A program made the position numbers and the translations under genes. DNA of 21,885 nucleotides from a virus: UHGV virus genome UHGV-0198133. One strand, given 5' to 3'. Shown here piece by piece: positions 17,257 to 21,885 of the stretch (position 1 is the stretch's first letter; each line of letters opens with the position of its first letter). The notes below the pieces were generated by a model, which was not told the DNA's origin, did not search any database, and saw only the letters and a list, made by a program, of their open reading frames with translations.

Positions 17257-19019
17257 AAAATCTCCACAATATTACTGGTATTGGCGGACTCGCCCTGCAG
17301 TGGTTCGTTAAACAGTGCGTGCATTGTTGCCCAGGCCAGATCGGCGTGGCTGGCTTCTTCGCTGCGGCTGGCTTCATAGGTTGGGCGGTTGCCACTGGCG
17401 GTGGTTGCGCGACGGATTGCCATGAATGACTGCGCAATGTCGGTGTGCCCGGCGTCAAACTCCAGACGGCGGTGGCTGATAATGTCGTAGGCCTTGAGTA
17501 CCAGGGCGTTTTTAACGTTGGGGTTGTAGACAAACTCCCGGACGGCAGGAAAGAACGCTTTCACGTTCTCGTAAACCCCGTGACCAACGCCGGTTGAGTC
17601 GATACCGATATAAGTCACGTTGTACTGTTCGGTAAGTTTTTTGATGGCGTCAGCCTGGGCGCGGAAGTCCATCCCGCGCCACTGGTGACGCTCAAGAATG
17701 CGGAACTTACCACCCGGCACGGCTGGCGGTGCCACCACCACGCATCCAGCGCTGTCGCCGTTTTGCGTACCTTTTGCCGGGTCATAACCGATCCACACTT
17801 CGCGCCAGCCAAACGGGCGCAGCGCCAGTGCATGAAAGTCGGTCCAGACTTCCCAACTGTCCACCATGCACGCCTGCAGCTCGCTGAGCGGAAACACGGA
17901 CGCGAGATCGTCCACAAACTCGCACATCAGCAGGTTCTGGTATTCGTCTGGGCTGTACTCCATGCGTAGCTGGTCGAGGTCGAACAGGTTACAGCCGCCG
18001 CGCACCGCATCTTCCACGGTGACTATCTGGCGGTATTGCCCGTCTGCGCACAGCAGGCCGGGGGCCAGATTGCTGTGGGACAGGTCGATGTCCACCTTAT
18101 CGGCTTTGTTGCGCCCACGGTTGAACAGCGCACCGGACCAGAACGGATAAGCACTGTGTGTCAGACTGGATGGCGTGGAAAAATAGGTTTGTCGCCATTT
18201 TTTGTGAATAGCCATACCGGAAGCCACTTTGCGCAGCTCCTGGAATTTCGGTATCCAGAAATATTCATCCAGATACAGGTTGCCGTGGTAACTCTGGGCC
18301 GTGCGGGCATTGGTGCCGAGGAAGTAAAGCGTGGCCCCGTTAGGAAGCACCATCGGATCGCCTTTCAGCTCCACCTCCACTTCTTTGGCAAAGTCGATGA
18401 TGTACTGTTTAAAGACGTGGGCCTGAGCCTTGCTGGCAGAAAGGAAAATCTGGTTACGCCCGGTCAGCAGGGCGTCAATCAGGGCTTCACGGGCAAAGTA
18501 AAAGGTCGCGCCGATCTGGCGTGACTTCAGCAGGTTGCGGATGCGGTTGGTTTTTCCGGCTTCCCACCAGTGGCGCTGGTAGTTGAACATAGAGGAATGG
18601 AAGATTTCTTCCAGTTTCTCAATCTGTTCATCGGTGAAAACATTCTTTTCCGGCTGACGACGTGGGCCTTTGTTGCGGTTGGCAACGTTAGGGTTTAAGT
18701 CGGCTTCGTTGCCGCCATTGTTAAACTTGCCGATCCGCACGTGGCGCTCAGACTGGCGTGCCAGCAGGTCAATTTCTTTGAAATCTTTCCCTTCTTTGTG
18801 CTCCTTCATAATGAGCTGGCAGTAGCGTGCGGCGGTGGTGAGCTGCATCTGATCCAGCGGCCCATAGTCACCCCACTTGTCGCGTTTTTTCCAGCTGTGA
18901 ACGGTTGCAACTTTCTCGCCCAGCATTTCAGCAATGCGGGCGACGCGGTATCCCTGAAAGTACAGCAGCATGGCCTGCCGACGGGGATCGAGATCTGCGG
19001 GTGTCAGTGTGGTGTTCAT
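17253..19019 (-). CDS. P: Terminase large (ATPase) subunit (P2 gpP family)
   Basis: 588-aa ORF divergent from O-N-M, with start overlapping the Q stop. Size and position match P2 gpP. Confidence 0.8.
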   Translation of the reverse strand: MNTTLTPADLDPRRQAMLLYFQGYRVARIAEMLGEKVATVHSWKKRDKWGDYGPLDQMQLTTAARYCQLIMKEHKEGKDFKEIDLLARQSERHVRIGKFNNGGNEADLNPNVANRNKGPRRQPEKNVFTDEQIEKLEEIFHSSMFNYQRHWWEAGKTNRIRNLLKSRQIGATFYFAREALIDALLTGRNQIFLSASKAQAHVFKQYIIDFAKEVEVELKGDPMVLPNGATLYFLGTNARTAQSYHGNLYLDEYFWIPKFQELRKVASGMAIHKKWRQTYFSTPSSLTHSAYPFWSGALFNRGRNKADKVDIDLSHSNLAPGLLCADGQYRQIVTVEDAVRGGCNLFDLDQLRMEYSPDEYQNLLMCEFVDDLASVFPLSELQACMVDSWEVWTDFHALALRPFGWREVWIGYDPAKGTQNGDSAGCVVVAPPAVPGGKFRILERHQWRGMDFRAQADAIKKLTEQYNVTYIGIDSTGVGHGVYENVKAFFPAVREFVYNPNVKNALVLKAYDIISHRRLEFDAGHTDIAQSFMAIRRATTASGNRPTYEASRSEEASHADLAWATMHALFNEPLQGESANTSNIVEIF

Positions 19020-19065
19020 GGCACAAACCTACAGCCTTGAATGAAGGCTTTCCCCGCCTGCGGTT

Positions 19066-19083
19066 TGTGTGGTTGTTGGTACA
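19066..19083. promoter_or_regulatory. Candidate Ogr/Delta-type late activator site in the divergent P/O late promoter region
   Basis: TGTgtggttgttggtACA is TGT-N12-ACA, the dyad bound by P2 Ogr-family activators, located in the 142-bp gap between the P and O starts. Confidence 0.45.
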
Positions 19084-19161
19084 AATACCGCGCATTGTTT
19101 CACTGCCCCCATCACCGCAACCATAAGGCTCCAGTAAGTTTTTTCTAACGGAGCACGGCTC

Positions 19162-19995
19162 ATGACAGTGAAAGCAAAGCGTTTTCGCATCGGGGTGGAA
19201 GGTGCCACCACCGACGGACGCGAAATCCAGCGTGAATGGCTGGAACAGATGGCAGCCAGCTACAACCCGGCGGTGTATACCGCGCTGATTAACCTTGAGC
19301 ACATCAAGTCTTATCTGCCGGACAGCACCTTTAACCGCTACGGCAAGGTGACTGCGCTGTTTGCTGAAGAAATCACGGAAGGTCCGCTGGCAGGCAAGAT
19401 GGCGCTGTATGCCGACGTTGAGCCAACGGAGTCCCTGGTGGAACTGGTGAAAAAAGGCCAGAAATTATTCACCTCTATGGAAGTCAGCCCGAAGTTTGCT
19501 GATACGGGCAAAGCCTACCTGGTCGGCCTGGCTGCCACTGATGACCCTGCCAGTCTGGGCACTGAAATGCTGACATTCAGCGCCAGTGCAGCCCATAACC
19601 CGCTGGCAAACCGCAAGCAGAATCCCGCCAATCTTTTTACCGCTGCAGAGGAAACGGTGATCGAACTGGAAGAAATCCAGGATGACAAACCGTCCCTGTT
19701 TGCCCGTGTCACGGCGCTGTTCACCAAAAAAGAGCAGTCCGATGACGCCCGGTTCTCTGATGTGCATAAGGCCGTGGAACTGGTCGCCACTGAGCAGCAG
19801 AACCTGAGTGCGCGCACCGAAAAATCCCTGTCTGAGCAGGAAGAACGCCTGTCTGAGCTGGAGACTGCCCTGCAGGCACAGCAGACCGCCTTTAACGAAC
19901 TGGTGGACAAGCTGAGCCATGAAGACAGCCGCCAGGACTACCGCCAGCGTGCAACAGGCGGTAACGCCCCCGCTGACACTCTGACCAATTGCTGA
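19162..19995 (+). CDS. O: Capsid scaffolding protein (P2 gpO family)
   Basis: 277-aa ORF, first gene of the rightward head operon, with a charged coiled-coil-like C-terminal region (ELEEIQDDKPS...EERLSELETALQAQQTAFNELVDKL). Confidence 0.75.
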   Translation: MTVKAKRFRIGVEGATTDGREIQREWLEQMAASYNPAVYTALINLEHIKSYLPDSTFNRYGKVTALFAEEITEGPLAGKMALYADVEPTESLVELVKKGQKLFTSMEVSPKFADTGKAYLVGLAATDDPASLGTEMLTFSASAAHNPLANRKQNPANLFTAAEETVIELEEIQDDKPSLFARVTALFTKKEQSDDARFSDVHKAVELVATEQQNLSARTEKSLSEQEERLSELETALQAQQTAFNELVDKLSHEDSRQDYRQRATGGNAPADTLTNC

Positions 19996-20011
19996 TGGAG
20001 CACAAAACCTG

Positions 20012-21070
20012 ATGAAGAAGAATACCCGCTTTGCTTTTAACGCTTACCTGCAGCAGCTGGCGCGTCTGAACGGTGTGGCAGTTGAAGAACTGTCCAGCAA
20101 GTTCACCGTGGAGCCGTCTGTACAGCAGACGCTGGAAGACCAGATCCAGCAGTCCGCCGCTTTCCTGACGCTGATTAACGTCACGCCAGTGACTGAGCAG
20201 TCCGGTCAGCTGCTGGGGCTGGGTGTTGGCAGCACCATTGCCGGAACCACTGACACCACCGCGAAAGAGCGTGAACCTGTCGATCCGACGCTGATGGTCG
20301 ATGTGGAATATAAATGCGAGCAGACCAACTTTGACACGGTGCTGACCTACGCGAAGCTGGACCTGTGGGCGAAGTTTCAGGATTTCCAGGTGCGTATCCG
20401 TGACGCCATCGTGAAACGTCAGGCACTGGACCGCATCATGATCGGCTTTAACGGCGTGAAGCGTGCGAAAACCTCCAACCGTAGTGAAAACCCGCTACTG
20501 CAGGATGTGAACAAAGGCTGGCTGCAGAAAATCCGTGAGGATGCACCGGATCACGTCATGGGCAGCACCACCACGGGCGGTGAAACCACACCGGGTGCGG
20601 TGAAAGTCGGTAAAGGTGGCGAATATGCCAACCTGGACGCAGTGGTGATGGATGCCGTCAATGAGCTTATCGACGTGGTCTACCAGGACGATGACGATCT
20701 GGTGGTGATTTGCGGTCGTGAACTGCTGTCTGACAAGTATTTCCCGCTGGTCAACAAAGAGCAGGAAAACAGTGAAAAACTGGCTGCCGATATGATCATC
20801 AGCCAGAAACGCATGGGTGGCCTGCAGGCCGTGCGTGCGCCGTTCTTCCCGCCGAATGCGCTGCTGATCACCCGTCTGGATAACCTGTCCATCTACTGGC
20901 AGGAAGACACCCGCCGCCGTTCAGTTATCGACAACCCGAAACGTGACCGGATTGAAAACTTTGAATCCGTTAACGAAGCCTATGTGGTTGAGGACTACCG
21001 CTGCGCCGCACTGGTGGAAAACATCCAGATTGGCGATTTCAGCGCCGCTGCAGCAGAAGCCGGAGCGTAA
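20012..21070 (+). CDS. N: Major capsid protein (P2 gpN family)
   Basis: 352-aa ORF with clear similarity to P2 gpN as recalled (FNAYL, KFTVEPSV, GFNGVKRA, DKYFP.VNKEQ.NSE.LAAD.IISQKR, GDFS). Confidence 0.85.
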   Translation: MKKNTRFAFNAYLQQLARLNGVAVEELSSKFTVEPSVQQTLEDQIQQSAAFLTLINVTPVTEQSGQLLGLGVGSTIAGTTDTTAKEREPVDPTLMVDVEYKCEQTNFDTVLTYAKLDLWAKFQDFQVRIRDAIVKRQALDRIMIGFNGVKRAKTSNRSENPLLQDVNKGWLQKIREDAPDHVMGSTTTGGETTPGAVKVGKGGEYANLDAVVMDAVNELIDVVYQDDDDLVVICGRELLSDKYFPLVNKEQENSEKLAADMIISQKRMGGLQAVRAPFFPPNALLITRLDNLSIYWQEDTRRRSVIDNPKRDRIENFESVNEAYVVEDYRCAALVENIQIGDFSAAAAEAGA

Positions 21071-21073
21071 CCC

Positions 21074-21724
21074 ATGAGCCTGAGTCCCGCACGGCAGCAT
21101 CGCCTGCGCGTTCAGGCTGAACAGGCCGCCCGTGAGGGCGGCAGCGTTCGCCACGCGTCGGGCTATGACCTGATGCTGCTGCAACTGGCGGAAGACCGCC
21201 GCCGTCTCAAGGGCGTTCAGTCCACGGTCAAAAAAGCGGAGATTAAGGTGGAACTGCTGCCGAAGTACGCCGCCTGGGCAGAGGGTGTCCTGACTGCCGG
21301 AGGCGCACAGCAGGATGACGTGCTGATGTACGTGATGCTGTGGCGCATTGATGCCGGAGATTATGCCGGGGCGCTGGAGATCGGGCGTCACGCCCTGCGT
21401 CATGGCTGGGTGATGCCGTTAGGTAACCGCAACGTGCAGACCGTGCTGGCAGAGGAAATGGCAGATGCAGCCCAGAGCGCAATGCTTGCCGCCACCGGCT
21501 TTGATGCCGATCTGTTGCTGCAGACCCTGGAGCTGACAGACGGTATGGATATGCCGGACCAGTCACGGGCGCGTCTGCATAAAGCGATTGGCGCTGTCCT
21601 GAGTGAAAGCAACCCGGCTTCCGCCCTTAATCATCTCAACCATGCGTTACAGCTCGATCCCCGCTGTGGCGTGAAAAAAGACAAACAGCAGCTGGAGCGC
21701 AGACTGCGCAATGACAGCCGCTGA
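21074..21724 (+). CDS. M: Terminase small subunit (P2 gpM family)
   Basis: 216-aa ORF immediately after N in the head operon; assignment by position and size. Confidence 0.65.
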   Translation: MSLSPARQHRLRVQAEQAAREGGSVRHASGYDLMLLQLAEDRRRLKGVQSTVKKAEIKVELLPKYAAWAEGVLTAGGAQQDDVLMYVMLWRIDAGDYAGALEIGRHALRHGWVMPLGNRNVQTVLAEEMADAAQSAMLAATGFDADLLLQTLELTDGMDMPDQSRARLHKAIGAVLSESNPASALNHLNHALQLDPRCGVKKDKQQLERRLRNDSR

Positions 21725-21852
21725 CAGAACGTGCCCCCGCGCACGGGCGGCACGGGGTGGCGAAAGGCACTGCCACATCAAAACCCCGTCCACCGCCCTC
21801 TATTTCAGGAGAATGAGATGAACGCATCCCCAACCATTAAATACAGTGCACG

Positions 21853-21885
21853 ATGATGGATGAAGGGAAAGAACTTGAAGGTGTG
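21853..21885 (+). CDS. Possible start of the next head gene (L-like), truncated by window end
   Basis: ATGATGGATGAAGGG opens a frame running to the window edge at the position where the head-completion gene follows M in P2. Only 11 codons visible. Confidence 0.2.
   Translation, partial: MMDEGKELEGV

Larger units (their letters stand above)
3719..21885. mobile_element. 186/P2-family (Fels-2-like) prophage, int-proximal end through the head genes; continues beyond the window
   Basis: Gene order att-int-cI-apl-cII-early ORFs-dam-A-tum-like-cos-Q-P-O-N-M, with Q and P divergent from O-N-M, as in P2 and 186. Confidence 0.85.

Noticed and set aside
17615-18524. Antisense and alternate-frame ORFs inside the terminase gene (17615-17917 -, 17685-17969 +, 17866-18150 +, 18036-18524 +)
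   Set aside because: They are nested within a well-supported 588-aa terminase ORF with no independent signals; typical shadow ORFs of GC-rich coding sequence.
21818-21856. 12-codon ORF (MNASPTIKYSAR) after gene M
   Set aside because: Too short and without support; the next head gene more likely starts at 21853 in another frame.
1-21885. CRISPR arrays, rRNA or intact tRNA genes
   Set aside because: No regularly spaced direct repeats with unique spacers and no full cloverleaf-length tRNA were seen. The only tRNA-like element is the 45-bp ssrA 3' fragment, which is an att remnant rather than a gene.

Overview
The window is a junction between two prophages. Bases 1-3205 carry the 3' end of a lambdoid prophage (lom C-terminus, side tail fibre stf, tail fibre assembly tfa). 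At 3719-3763 there is a minus-strand copy of the tRNA-like 3' end of ssrA (tmRNA), which is the attachment core. From there to the window end runs a 186/P2-family (Fels-2-like) temperate phage: integrase, CI, a switch region, Apl/Cox-like, CII-like, small early ORFs, a TraR/DksA zinc-finger protein, Dam methylase, rolling-circle replication protein A, a LexA-box-controlled Tum-like ORF, a probable cos site, then portal Q, large terminase P, scaffold O, major capsid N and small terminase M. Three cargo loci interrupt this backbone. The strongest candidate for an undescribed system is a translationally coupled two-gene operon (14530-16181) between cos and the portal gene, encoding a compact HipA-like Ser/Thr kinase and a protein with a C-terminal HIRAN-like domain. 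The other two are an AT-rich 322-aa orphan gene between repA and cos, and an AT-rich 348-aa predicted membrane protein between att and int. All calls rest on reading the translations and DNA by eye; no database search, alignment or computed statistic was run.
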